A DNA stretch of 64,000 nt, from the NCBI GenBank assembly GCA_002011035.2, contig MTLY02000003.1, positions 192,001-256,000 on the forward strand, given 5' to 3'. Within the stretch, counting starts at the first letter, position 1; every line of letters begins with the position of its first letter. Positions 30,766-41,123 of the stretch are shown here, piece by piece. The stretch comes from Candidatus Hecatella orcuttiae (GTDB lineage: Archaea > Thermoproteota > Bathyarchaeia > Hecatellales > Hecatellaceae). Both the position numbers and the translations under genes were made by a program. The notes under the pieces are model-generated. The model had not been told where the DNA came from. It worked only from the letters and a program-made list of their open reading frames with translations, and made no database searches.

Positions 30766-31884
30766 ATGTCGCTGCGGGTGGGGAAAATCATCGGGGTGGA
30801 GATAAAGCTTCACTACACTTGGTTCGTAATCTTCACCCTCGTCACCTGGACGCTGGCCCAAGGTTATATGCCCCGACAGTACCCCGGGCTGTCCCCAGCC
30901 CTCTACTGGGTTATAGGGGCAACGGCCGCCGTCATCCTCTTCGCCTCAGTTCTGTTCCATGAGCTGTGCCATTCCTACGTGGCCAAGAGGCAGGGCCTTT
31001 CCGTCCCAGCGATAACCCTCTTCCTTTTCGGAGGGGTCTCCCAGATCGCGGAGGAGCCGCCCAATCCCGACTTCGAGTTCAAGATGGCTCTCGTAGGCCC
31101 GCTGTCCAGCTTCGGCTTGGCTGCTCTGCTGGGGGTGGCGTGGTATGGGGCCCTTGGACTGAATCTGAAGCCTGAACTTGTGGCTCCTCTGCAGTACGGT
31201 GCTCTGATAAACGTTTTGCTGGGGGTCTTCAACCTCATCCCAGCCTTTCCCTTGGACGGGGGGCGTCTTCTCCGCGCTAAGGTTTGGAAGTGGAAGGACG
31301 ACCTTGTGGCTGCGACGAGGCTTTCAGTGAAGGTGTCAGAGGGCTTCGCCTACGCCTTGATGTTCACCGGCTTTTTGGTCATTCTTTTCGGAGCGTGGAT
31401 AGGCGGCTTGTGGCTGATATTCATAGGATGGTTTCTGCGAAACGGAGCTGAAGCCAGTTTAAGGCAGACCATCATAGGTCAGGCTCTCTCCGACGTGGTT
31501 GTGGGAAACGTCATGACCCCTCAGGTTGTGGCAGTGGAACCTCACCTAACAGTGGAAAAGGTGGTGGAAGAGTATTTTTACAGGTATAAGCACGGGGGTT
31601 TCCCTGTGGTTCAAGGAGGCAGATTCGAGGGAATGGTCACGGTGCACGATGTTCGGAAATTTCCTAAGGAAAGCTGGAGGGGGCTCTCGGTCAGGGACAT
31701 TATGACTCCCGCAGAGAGGATTATATCTGTTAAGCCTGACGAGCCGGCTGTAGAGGCTATGATCAAGCTTTCCCGCCATGATGTAGGCCGGCTGCCTGTC
31801 TTGAAAGAAGGCCGAATAGTAGGCATCATCACCCGCAGTGACCTTATGAAGGTGATAAAAACAAGAACCGCGCTGAGGCTTTGA
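30766..31884 (+). CDS. Site-2 (M50) metalloprotease with CBS domains
   Basis: HELCH, NLIPAFPLDGG, tandem CBS domains. Confidence 0.92.
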   Translation: MSLRVGKIIGVEIKLHYTWFVIFTLVTWTLAQGYMPRQYPGLSPALYWVIGATAAVILFASVLFHELCHSYVAKRQGLSVPAITLFLFGGVSQIAEEPPNPDFEFKMALVGPLSSFGLAALLGVAWYGALGLNLKPELVAPLQYGALINVLLGVFNLIPAFPLDGGRLLRAKVWKWKDDLVAATRLSVKVSEGFAYALMFTGFLVILFGAWIGGLWLIFIGWFLRNGAEASLRQTIIGQALSDVVVGNVMTPQVVAVEPHLTVEKVVEEYFYRYKHGGFPVVQGGRFEGMVTVHDVRKFPKESWRGLSVRDIMTPAERIISVKPDEPAVEAMIKLSRHDVGRLPVLKEGRIVGIITRSDLMKVIKTRTALRL

Positions 31885-31962
31885 GGCAGCGTCTTCAAAC
31901 AAGCTTATATAGAATTTGTTCTTGATCATACCGGTTCAGCCAAAAGCCTTCAAGGTGCTACA

Positions 31963-32388
31963 ATGCCAGGAGAGTTCGCTGCTAGAAAGCTGAGGCTTAA
32001 ACGGAAGAAAACCCGGTGGAGCGACCGAGCTTACCGACGGAGGATGCTGGGCCTCGACATAAAGTCCGACCCTTTAGAAGGAGCCCCAATGGGCCGGGGT
32101 ATCGTCCTGGAAAAGGTGGGCATTGAAAGCCGCCAGCCCAACAGCGCTGTGAGGAAATGCGTTCGAGTTCAACTCATCAAAAACGGCCATGTGGTTTCAG
32201 CCTTCCTCCCCAGAGACGGAGCCCTCAACTTCATCGATGAACACGACGAGGTTATAATTACAGGAATAGGCGGCCCTAGGGGTAAAGCCTACGGAGACCT
32301 GCCGGGAGTCCGCTATCAGGTTTTGACGGTGAACGGAGTAGCCCTCAAGGAGCTTATTTCCGGCAAAAAGCAGAAACCCTCTCGTTAA
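31963..32388 (+). CDS. rps12: 30S ribosomal protein S12 (uS12)
   Basis: [23 protein letters not shown]. Confidence 0.97.
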   Translation: MPGEFAARKLRLKRKKTRWSDRAYRRRMLGLDIKSDPLEGAPMGRGIVLEKVGIESRQPNSAVRKCVRVQLIKNGHVVSAFLPRDGALNFIDEHDEVIITGIGGPRGKAYGDLPGVRYQVLTVNGVALKELISGKKQKPSR

Positions 32389-32397
32389 GAGAGACTT

Positions 32398-32982
32398 TCA
32401 CCGGGAAGCTAGGGCTATTCTCTCCTGCTCGTTTCTTTTGGCCACTGCGTAGCTGCGGCTGTCTTTTTGAGCTGCAAGGATTAGCTCTTCCGCCAAGCAT
32501 TCATCTACTGTTCGAATGTTTCCCATGGCCGCTTTTCTAGCTCCCTCAGCTAAGAACCTTAGGGCTAGGTCTACCCTCCGCTGAGGGGACACGTCCACGG
32601 CCACATGGTAGACGATGCCTCCGTAGCTTATCCGGGTGGTGTCCTCGCAGGGGGCTGCGTTTTCGACGGCTCGAACCAGAATCTCTATGGGATTTCTCCC
32701 AGTCTTGAGGGCTATGATTTCGAAGGCGTTCTTAACTACTTGGATTATCCTAGCTTTTTTCCCAGCGTTTTTACCGGGGCGCATTAGGTGGTTTACAAGC
32801 CTTTCTACGATGGAGATTTCTGATTTCTTGAAGCGTTGAGCCTCGTGTTTTCCGCTGGAGTGGGGGATGGTTACCGGCTTTAAATTAATGTATTTGCTGA
32901 GGCCCATGTCCTCTACTTTGATGCCTTCGAAGCTCCATTTACCGAAGAGTTTTGCCTCCTGTACCGCTGTTTTCTCGCTCAA
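32398..32982 (-). CDS. rps7: 30S ribosomal protein S7 (uS7), inverted relative to rps12 and tuf
   Basis: KLFGKWS, VDVSPQRRVDLAL, ERIALASR. Confidence 0.96.
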   Translation of the reverse strand: MSEKTAVQEAKLFGKWSFEGIKVEDMGLSKYINLKPVTIPHSSGKHEAQRFKKSEISIVERLVNHLMRPGKNAGKKARIIQVVKNAFEIIALKTGRNPIEILVRAVENAAPCEDTTRISYGGIVYHVAVDVSPQRRVDLALRFLAEGARKAAMGNIRTVDECLAEELILAAQKDSRSYAVAKRNEQERIALASR

Positions 32983-33187
32983 CTGCCACCCACGCTTAGA
33001 GTTTTTCTCTTTTTGAAGGGATAGCTCCCAGATTTAAACGTTTTCCGGGCTGGAAGACAGAGTTCTCCCACGGGAGAGGGCGACCTCTGGAAGAAAAGCT
33101 TTATAAATGTATGGAAAAACTAGATGATTGCAATACGCATGGAGGAGTCTAGAGCACTCACGAAAAAGGAGAAATGGAGGAGTAATC

Positions 33188-34486
33188 ATGCCTGAGAAAC
33201 CACATCTCAACATGGTCATAGTTGGACATGTAGACCATGGGAAATCCACCTGCATGGGTCACATCCTGTACCTGAAAGGAGTAATCAGCGAAAGGGAAAT
33301 AAAAGAATACGCTGAAGAATCGCAGAAAACAGGAGCAGGCGACACCTTCAAATTCGCCTGGGTCATGGACCGCCTCAAAGAAGAACGGGAACGAGGGGTC
33401 ACCATCGACCTATACTACACCAAGTTCGAAACCGACAAATACTCCTTCACCATCATCGACGCCCCAGGCCACAGGGACTTCATCAAGAACATGATCACCG
33501 GAGCCAGCCAAGCGGACTGCGCCCTCCTAGTTTCCTCCGCCCGGAAGGGAGAGTTTGAAGTAGGAGTGGAAGCAGGAGGCCAGACTAGGGAGCACGCCTT
33601 CCTTCTCAGAACCCTAGGCATTACCCAGCTTACCGTGGCGGTGAACAAAATGGATGACGCTTCGGTTAACTGGAGTCAAACGAGGTTCGAAGAGTGCAAA
33701 AAGCAGCTGGAGTATCTGCTGAAGACCGTGGGCTTCGATGTTTCCAAAGTCCCCATCGTTCCGGTTTCAGGTTGGACTGGGGATAACCTCGACAAACTCA
33801 GCGATAAGATGCCTTGGTACAAGGGGCCCACGCTGGTGGAGACCTTCGACTACTTCGAGGTTCCGCCCAAACCTGTGGATAAGCCGTTGAGGATTCCGGT
33901 GCAGGATGTGTACACCATTACAGGCGTAGGCACCGTTCCCGTGGGCAGGGTGGAAACCGGTGTCCTTAAGGAAGGCGACACCATCGTGTTCATGCCGGCG
34001 AACGTGAAGGGAGAGGTCAGAACCATAGAAACCCACCATGTTAAGATTCCCCAAGCGCTTCCCGGCGACAACATCGGCTTTAACGTTCGAGGAATATCTA
34101 AAGGCGACATCAGGAGAGGGGAAGTAGGCGGACATCCGTCGAATCCTCCGAAGGTAGCCAAAGAATTCATAGGACAAATCATCGTAGTTTACCATCCCAC
34201 GTCCATAGCCCAAGGCTACACACCTGTCCTTCACGCCCACACAGCCCAGATAGCCTGTAAGTTCACAGAACTCATCAGGAAGATCAACCCCAGAACCGGG
34301 GAAACCGTCGAGGAGAAGCCGGCCTTCCTGAAAACCGGGGACGGAGCTCTGGTCAGGCTCACACCGGTTAAACCCGTCGCCTTGGAAGTCTACTCCGACA
34401 TACCGCAACTAGGCAGGTTTGCCATCAGAGACATGGGCACCACCATCGCAGCCGGCATCGTCAAAGAAATAACCCAAGCAGGCTAA
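33188..34486 (+). CDS. tuf: Translation elongation factor EF-1 alpha
   Basis: GHVDHGKST, DAPGHRDF, NKMD. Confidence 0.98.
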   Translation: MPEKPHLNMVIVGHVDHGKSTCMGHILYLKGVISEREIKEYAEESQKTGAGDTFKFAWVMDRLKEERERGVTIDLYYTKFETDKYSFTIIDAPGHRDFIKNMITGASQADCALLVSSARKGEFEVGVEAGGQTREHAFLLRTLGITQLTVAVNKMDDASVNWSQTRFEECKKQLEYLLKTVGFDVSKVPIVPVSGWTGDNLDKLSDKMPWYKGPTLVETFDYFEVPPKPVDKPLRIPVQDVYTITGVGTVPVGRVETGVLKEGDTIVFMPANVKGEVRTIETHHVKIPQALPGDNIGFNVRGISKGDIRRGEVGGHPSNPPKVAKEFIGQIIVVYHPTSIAQGYTPVLHAHTAQIACKFTELIRKINPRTGETVEEKPAFLKTGDGALVRLTPVKPVALEVYSDIPQLGRFAIRDMGTTIAAGIVKEITQAG

Positions 34487-34514
34487 AATCAACTACAAGA
34501 CCGGCGTTACTCCG

Positions 34515-34826
34515 ATGGTCCAGAAAGCTAGGATCAGGCTTACAAGCGTCGACTGCCATAAACTTGATGGGGTATGCCGCGAGATCAAAGATATTTCCGG
34601 GAAGATCGGCATAAAGATCTCAGGCCCCATTCCTCTCCCCACCAAGAGGATCTTATGCCCAACTAGAAAGACCCCCTGCGGAGAAGGCACGGCCACCTGG
34701 GACAGGTGGGAGCTTCGAGTTCACAAACGCCTCATTGAAGTTGAAGCCAATGAAAGATTGATGAAGCGGATCATGCGGATTAAAGTTCCAGACGAGGTCT
34801 TTATCGAAATCAGCCTTGTATCTTGA
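34515..34826 (+). CDS. rps10: 30S ribosomal protein S10 (uS10)
   Basis: GPIPLPTK, RKTPCGEG, RVHKRLI. Confidence 0.96.
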   Translation: MVQKARIRLTSVDCHKLDGVCREIKDISGKIGIKISGPIPLPTKRILCPTRKTPCGEGTATWDRWELRVHKRLIEVEANERLMKRIMRIKVPDEVFIEISLVS

Positions 34827-35132
34827 GGCTCTGCTTATTGCGGGAATAGATAAGCGATCTGAATAATGTTTAAATCTTCTTCTTTTTCACAACCTTTATT
34901 AACTGAATGACTACGGAATGTGAAGAATTTGCCGAGGCTCATAGCCTTCGTAGTTCTCGTTTCTGAAGAAAACCTACCCCAAGAAGAAAGCAGAGAACCT
35001 GAAATGGATTTGAAAAAAGCCCTTGAAAAAATAGACTCTCCCCTAAACTGGAAGCTGAGCTCCTGCCGTGTAGTGGAAAATAAAAACTGAACAGCCTAAC
35101 TGAATCGCTGTTAGAAGCGTCTCCTCACAGTT

Positions 35133-35483
35133 TCATATTTTGTCCAGGATTCTTTGGAGGTAGTTCTGAAGGAAGTCGGCGTGCTCACGGCGGGAGGCTT
35201 CGAGGACCTCGGCGAACCAGTTTGCTCCCCGCTCGGTTAGATAGAAGGTTTCCCTTCGGCCTTCCCTCCGCCGGCTGACGAGGCCCCGCGCCTCCATGGA
35301 GTGCAAAACAGGGTAGACGGTGCCGGGGCTGAGGAGGACGTGCAGTTTGCCGTGGATCTGGGCGATGATGTCGTAGCCCCAGGAAGGCCTCTCCGCCAGC
35401 ACAGAAGCCACAATGACATCCAAAAAACTCTTAACACAACGCTCCCTAACCAGCAACTCAGTCTGACCCTTCACCCCCTTCAC
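35133..35483 (-). CDS. PadR family transcriptional regulator
   Basis: GYDII...SPGTVYPVL...YLTERG. Confidence 0.85.
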   Translation of the reverse strand: MKGVKGQTELLVRERCVKSFLDVIVASVLAERPSWGYDIIAQIHGKLHVLLSPGTVYPVLHSMEARGLVSRRREGRRETFYLTERGANWFAEVLEASRREHADFLQNYLQRILDKI

Positions 35484-35532
35484 AAAAGATCACCCCCTTC
35501 AAAGGAAGCCCAGATGGCTGAGGTTTCGAATG

Positions 35533-36183
35533 TCATACCGCAGACCTAACCTCTCGGGAAGTTTTCTCGGAGCTGAGGGGGAGTGTTTTCTCGGGGAGGA
35601 AAGGTACTCCTGAGCTGGGATTTCCCTCTTTCCCCAGCCTCTGTGAGGATGCTGTTTTGGAGGTTTCCACCTCCCTGACGAATCGGAAGCTCTTGTAGAG
35701 TTCGCCGCCTTCTCCCCTTACCCAGCGGCTTTCAAACCTTCCTCCGTACTCTTCTTCGATTTTCTCCCTCGCCCTTACCAAACGCCGGTAGAGGGCGTTG
35801 TATTTTTTAGCTTGGCTTCCCCGAGAATCAAACCTCTGACCGAAAAAACGCTCTTGAATCTCGAAGATATTGTGCTCAAAATTAGGCTTGGAGGTTATGT
35901 AGAGGATCAGGTTTTTCTGCTGGGGGATCTTCTCCTTCAAATCGATTTCTTCCGAAGGCTCGGCTTCAGGTGGTGACGGGGGGCCTCCGCTTGGAAGACT
36001 CTCCACCAGATACTTTCCCCCCACCAGCCTCTTTATAACCTCGTTTATCTCGGGCGGTGTTCCGACGCATTCGAAGAAGACTCCCTTGACTTTAAATCGT
36101 AATTTGACCGTAAGCCGACACCCGCCTATTTGTTCGCATACATCGTATATAAATCTTTTGTACGATGTACATTCATACTTCAT
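35533..36183 (-). CDS. Hypothetical protein (true start probably downstream of the listed one)
   Basis: Long ORF only. Confidence 0.5.
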   Translation of the reverse strand: MKYECTSYKRFIYDVCEQIGGCRLTVKLRFKVKGVFFECVGTPPEINEVIKRLVGGKYLVESLPSGGPPSPPEAEPSEEIDLKEKIPQQKNLILYITSKPNFEHNIFEIQERFFGQRFDSRGSQAKKYNALYRRLVRAREKIEEEYGGRFESRWVRGEGGELYKSFRFVREVETSKTASSQRLGKEGNPSSGVPFLPEKTLPLSSEKTSREVRSAV

Positions 36184-36343
36184 AAAAAAGACAAATCCCC
36201 TAGAAAAAGTCCATTTTAAGCCTTTTTCACAGCATGTTTAGCCCTCTTTTTCTAAATGTTCATCGTATGAATTTCCAACATAGAAAACTGACGCTGGCCC
36301 TTCCGCGCTTGGAACTCCTTTTCTCGGAAAGACGTAAAAATGG

Positions 36344-36548
36344 TGGTCCCGCGGGTCGGATTTTCATGGGTGGCTCCCAATTTGAACTCGCCGAGGTGAA
36401 GGGTCGTCCTTCGCCTCCCCGACGACACTCCGGTTTCTGTGCGCCTGAAAGGCTGGCAGGCCTATCCAGAGGATAAACCCTACAGCATCTCCTCTTCAAG
36501 GCTTTCGCCGTGAAGATCGGAAGCTCTTCCAGGCTGAGCTACCGCGGG
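36344..36548 (-). tRNA. tRNA-Tyr(GTA) with four BHB introns (30/31, 37/38, 53/54, 59/60)
   Basis: Removing 36487-36517, 36435-36479, 36387-36418 and 36361-36380 gives a canonical cloverleaf with encoded CCA. Confidence 0.88.
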
Positions 36549-36879
36549 ACAAGATCAGCAAACAGCCGGTAAACTTATAAGCTTTTAGCCTTCAGGCAGG
36601 CGAAGGGGAGCCCACCAGTTTTTCCATCAGAACGACGCAAACCCCTGCACTCGCCATCCGCTTCCTGAGCGCCGAGTCTTGAGGCAGAACCCTAAGGAGC
36701 GAATCAACCTCCCAGAGGTCCAAGGCCACAAAATATTCGGGTTTATGCCCTCTCAATCTTAGGATTTTCATATTTATGGTTGGATTATCCAACCATATAA
36801 ACCTTTCCATAACAAAACCCAAGGCAAGGCTTTTTCCCAGTAAAAATTATATGTTGCCGCTTTAACTTCTAAGGATGAC

Positions 36880-37025
36880 GCCCTGGTAGTATAGGCAGCC
36901 GTGATGCGGCTAGGGATACGCCGTATCCGGCTGGTAGAGTCCGGTCTAGTATGTGCGGCTGTTCCGTGGCTTTCCGGAGCCGAATCGCCCGTACGACCCG
37001 GGTTCAAATCCCGGCCAGGGCGCCA
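36880..37025 (+). tRNA. tRNA-Asp(GTC) with two introns (15/16 and 34/35); probable integration site
   Basis: GCCCTGG/CCAGGGC acceptor stem; introns 36895-36939 and 36962-36984; TTCAAAT T-loop; encoded CCA. Confidence 0.85.
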
Positions 37026-37071
37026 AACATTTAGTTTAAATCCCAAACATGTCCGATCTTCTATTAGGGCC

Positions 37072-38304
37072 TTGAAGCCGAGCAGACTCGATGTCTACGA
37101 CTACGACCGGCGGCTGGAGAGGTACTACGCCAACATCCACCGCCGCCCAGACCTGCTCCCCGCCCACAAGAGGGCCATCCTCGAGTTCGACCGCTGGCTG
37201 CAGGGCGGAGGCCTCAGCAAGCCCAGGCGGCTGAAGTACCTCCAGACCCTGCCCCAGGTCGCCAAGATGCTGGGCAAACCCTTCGAGGAGGCCGCCAGAG
37301 AGGACCTGAGGAGGGTCGTAGCCCAGCTCGACCGCAACGGCTACACCGGCGAAACCAAGGAGTCCTACAAGGCCGTCATCAAGAGGTTCTACCGTTGGCT
37401 GAGGCACGGCGACGACGAGGAGGCAGGCTACCCGCCGGAGGTCCGCTGGATAAAAATCAGGTCCGGCTACGGCGGCAACCGGCTTCCCGAAGACCTGCCC
37501 ACCGACGAAGAGGTCCGCGCCCTGGCCGAGGCGGCGGGAGGAGACCTCCGAGACCGAGCCTTCGTCGAGCTGCTGGACGACTTCGGAGGCCGCCCCGCGG
37601 AGCTGCTGACGCTGCGCCTCCGCCACGTGGTCTTCGACGAGTACGGGGCGGTGGTCTTGGTGGACGGGAAAACCGGCCAACGGCGGGTGCGGGTCATCCA
37701 GAGCGCCCCAGCCCTGGCCAACTGGGTCAGCCACCACCCCATGAAGGGCAGGCCTGAGGCGCCCCTGTGGCTGAAGAGGCGGCAGAACGGCGGGTACGGC
37801 GGGCCCCTGGACTACGTCGGCGCCAACGCCCTCCTCAAGCGGCTGTGCGAAAAAGCCCGCCTCAGGCGGAGGCTGCGCATGTACGACTTCCGCCACCGCC
37901 GGGCCACCAAGTACGCCAACATCCTCACCGAGGAGCAGATGGACGAATACTTCGGCTGGGTGAAGGGCAGCCGCCAGCCCCGCCGCTACGTCCACCTCTC
38001 AGGCCGAGACATCGACCCAGCCCTGCTCAGGGCCCACGGCTTCCAGGTTCCCGAAGGCGAAGCCGGCCGCCAGCAGCCGCCCCAGGAGTGCAGCCGCTGC
38101 CACGCCAGAAACTCGCCGCTGGCCCGGTTCTGCCACCGCTGCGGCCTGGCCCTGGACCTCCAAGCCGCCCTCGACCATGACAGGAAGACGCCGGGGGACC
38201 TCCAAACCCTGAAAGCCGAAGTATCCGCCCTCAAAGAAGAACTGGCCCGGCAGAAGGCCTTCGAGGAATACGTCCTCCAATGTCTGAAAGAAAAAGCCCA
38301 GTAA
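37072..38304 (+). CDS. Tyrosine recombinase/integrase with C-terminal Zn ribbon
   Basis: GGRPAEL, GKTG, YDFRHRRAT, FGW, RYVHL, CSRC/CHRC; TTG start after a TTTAAA box inferred. Confidence 0.92.
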   Translation: MKPSRLDVYDYDRRLERYYANIHRRPDLLPAHKRAILEFDRWLQGGGLSKPRRLKYLQTLPQVAKMLGKPFEEAAREDLRRVVAQLDRNGYTGETKESYKAVIKRFYRWLRHGDDEEAGYPPEVRWIKIRSGYGGNRLPEDLPTDEEVRALAEAAGGDLRDRAFVELLDDFGGRPAELLTLRLRHVVFDEYGAVVLVDGKTGQRRVRVIQSAPALANWVSHHPMKGRPEAPLWLKRRQNGGYGGPLDYVGANALLKRLCEKARLRRRLRMYDFRHRRATKYANILTEEQMDEYFGWVKGSRQPRRYVHLSGRDIDPALLRAHGFQVPEGEAGRQQPPQECSRCHARNSPLARFCHRCGLALDLQAALDHDRKTPGDLQTLKAEVSALKEELARQKAFEEYVLQCLKEKAQ

Positions 38305-38365
38305 GGTGGCGGCGAAGAGGGCTATAAAGGCCAGAACCGGAGGCCCTGCGGTACTGGGTGGGGTT

Positions 38366-38700
38366 TTAGGGATTTGGGAGCTGGTTGGTGGTGCATTCTT
38401 CCGGGGGTTTGTCGAACCTAACCTTGACTAGTCGGGGTTCTCTAAGGCCGTCTTTGACTCGGCTGTGGTAGGCGACCTCCACCACTATCTTGGGCTGGAT
38501 GTAGACGTATTCGCGGTCTTCGCCGGTCTTCAGCAGAGGAATCAACTTTGTGATGATCTCTCTCACCTTCCTCTCCAAGCCGCTGGAAACCTTGGAGAGG
38601 GGCCTCAAATTCTTATCCTCGTACAAACCCACTAGGTAGCTGTTGAACGGCCCCCCACGCTTGGAGCCGGGCGTCTTAGCCGCGGCCATGATGGCGGCCT
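38366..38700 (-). pseudogene. C-terminal OB-domain fragment of an ATP-dependent DNA ligase
   Basis: SYLVGLY...KVSSGL...PKIVVEV...LREPRLVKVRFDK; no adenylation domain. Confidence 0.75.
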
Positions 38701-38817
38701 TTGGTTAGGTCGACTACGTAAGCGGTTTGAGGGACGTGTCACTGGAGGCAGTCTTTCAGGCCGTAAAAGAGGGCTTGGTCTCGAAGCAACTGACCAAAGA
38801 GAAGGTCCTAGAAATCA

Positions 38818-39570
38818 TCAACCGGACTGAGGAAGACCCTCTATGTCCCTGCCCGATTTCTCACCAGCGAATAAAAGAAAGAGGCTCAGACAGCTGAGGC
38901 GGCGGATGTGTTCCACTAACCCAAGTAGTTTTTCAGCCTCGGTTCCCCGGTCTATGACAAAGGTTTCTTCGCCTGATTTGAGGGCTATCCTTCCAATGGG
39001 ATCCCTGAGGGAGGGCAGTTTTCCCCTGCCTTCCACTTCTACCTCAAGCTTCAAGGCTGTGAAGGGTGGGAGGTCGTAGTCTTCATCCCCAACAGAATTC
39101 TTGAGCTCCCATTTCACCCTCTCTCCGGTCTGCTGAGCTTCAATTCTGGCGAGGGGGAACAGCTCTTTTTCATAGAGGTACAGTTGGGCGGAAGGGATGT
39201 CAACATTGAAAAGCTGATACTTGGCATATCCCCCAATGCGCAGAATCTTCCGGGCGAAGCGGGAAAGCCTTCGACGGTCCGGGACCTCAACCTCTAACAC
39301 CGTCGACTTCTCCGGGTCCTGCAGTCTTACGTATTTCTGTTCGAACCTGTAGCCTGCAACCGATTTGCTGGCGGCTAGAACCGGAATGAGCTTTTTGAGG
39401 TCACATTCCCGGCCTGCAACGTAGACCTTTAGATTCCACCTGTCGACAAGCCTGACGCATCCCCCCTCCTTACGTTTTATCCAGAGAGTCATCTCACCGG
39501 GTTGGCTGGGATACAGGTCGATAAGCCAGCCTTCAACCCTTTTGGTCGATTCCACACTTGAGGAGTTCAT
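38818..39570 (-). pseudogene. Truncated PolB2-type DNA polymerase (N-terminal part)
   Basis: GWLIDLYP...LWIK...FNVDIP...YLYEKELFP; similarity appears to stop near LVEHIRRL. Confidence 0.75.
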
Positions 39571-39808
39571 CCAGCTTAACCCGAAGATCTTTTAGCATTA
39601 TGTGGTGGGAGAGAAGGATGGACATGAGGAGGGCCTCCGTTATTACCGGCCTAGTGGCCGCGCCAGCAGCTGAGGCGTAAAAGCGGCAGGCGTTGACCAT
39701 GTCTTGAAAAAGCTCCCGGTCTTCCTTTCTTAGTGCCCTACCGAATCTCTCCCATTTTTTCAACTCTTCCTCTAAGGCTGTCCGGTGGGAGGGTACGGTT
39801 CTACCCGT
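39533..39808 (-). CDS. PolB2-associated small protein (arCOG07300-like); start codon reads ACG
   Basis: (T)GRTVPSHRTALEEELKKWERFGRALRKEDRELF downstream of a GAGGTGA SD. Confidence 0.7.
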   Translation of the reverse strand, partial: TGRTVPSHRTALEEELKKWERFGRALRKEDRELFQDMVNACRFYASAAGAATRPVITEALLMSILLSHHIMLKDLRVKLDELLKCGIDQKG

Positions 39809-39844
39809 TTTCCATCACCTCAACCGAACGCGGCGCTGAAGATG

Positions 39845-40501
39845 TTAAGTCTTTCTCCACTTAACCGACCTCCCTCTTTCAGGCTTCTCCAAGGTGGCCG
39901 TGTAGCCTGAGCCTTTCTCCGTGATGCGGACCGCGTAGTTGCTTCTCGATAGAAGGTAGGGAGTTAGGGGTATTCTCCGCTCTTGGGAAGGGTGAGGCAG
40001 GAGGGTGGCCACTACGACCGCTCTCTTCTCCCTAGCCAGCTGGAAGAGAAACCGGACTGTCTGGTTGAAGAGACTGTGAAGCTCCTCCTTACCCATATAA
40101 GGGTCGTAGAAGAGGTTGGCTGCGTCGGAGACGACGATGAGCTTCGCGGAGTGGCTGTCCAGTAGTAGGGGGAGCTTCTCCGTGACGAGAGATACCAGTT
40201 GATGGCAGGTGAAGGCCCGAGAAACCCAAACTCCCCTTAGTGCCTCCTGCGGATTTAAGTGAAGCTGGCGGGCAAACTCCGCGACCGCGTAGGGATTGAA
40301 AATGTTGCCTCCGTCAAGGAAGACGGCTGGCGATTCCAAGCCGCCTTCATCCTCTGGTAGCTGGGCCCTCACACACAGTAGCTCCGAAAGGGTATGGCAT
40401 AAGGTAGACCCGTGCAGGGCCGTCAGGCAGCCGGCAGGCAGTCTGCCGATCAGCCTATCTAAGGCCTCAACCCCGAAGCTCAGGGACATCCGCTCTCCCA
40501 T
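39845..40501 (-). CDS. RadA-like protein of the PolB2 module (degenerate Walker A)
   Basis: SFGVEALDRLIG, RAQLPEDEGGL, DGGNIFNPY, SRAFTCHQL. Confidence 0.75.
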   Translation of the reverse strand: MGERMSLSFGVEALDRLIGRLPAGCLTALHGSTLCHTLSELLCVRAQLPEDEGGLESPAVFLDGGNIFNPYAVAEFARQLHLNPQEALRGVWVSRAFTCHQLVSLVTEKLPLLLDSHSAKLIVVSDAANLFYDPYMGKEELHSLFNQTVRFLFQLAREKRAVVVATLLPHPSQERRIPLTPYLLSRSNYAVRITEKGSGYTATLEKPERGRSVKWRKT

Positions 40502-41123
40502 TAGCAGAGGCCCAGAACTTTCTGAGATATTTTTTGGAAGATCTTCTGAGGTGTAGGAATAGATAGGAGGCGGTATTTTTCTGCACCGGTCAAACCGGAT
40601 CCTCAGCCCCCCTCCTTCCAGCGGTAGAATTATCCTTGCCTTCTTCAGGTAAATGAGAGCCTTTTTCAAAATCTTCTCTAATGCTCGAATCCATTCCGTC
40701 GAGCCTCTGGCGTATCCAACTCCACATACGGTCTTTTTCATCTCTTCTAATCCATGGAAGTGACAATATCCAACGATAAGCCTAGTCAGTTTCTTTCTGA
40801 TGTAGAAACGGGAAATGGGATCGTCCAATCTGGTAAATAAACAGATGGGTGTCGCTACCTCTTAACCATGAGAGGTTAGCGAAAGTAAGGCGAAACATGT
40901 AGCTGGGCGTTCAAAGGCTGTCTAGTTTCACATGTCGAAGGGCTCTGAGAATTTGGTCGATGTCGGCGTAGTTTCTACGGGGGAGGTGTTCGAGCAAAGA
41001 GAAGGGTAAATTCTACGCCTATATCTACCAGCATAGAAGCTAACATTGGATGCTTTCACATTTTAAGTCATCTTTAAACATTTTTAGGTAGATAGACGAG
41101 TTATATCATGGGAGGTTACTTTT

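Noticed and set aside
36901-37071. Integrase ORF running back through tRNA-Asp, suggesting an SSV1-type split integrase
   Set aside because: The integrase looks complete from the TTG at 37072 and has its own TTTAAA box; the open frame is probably chance.
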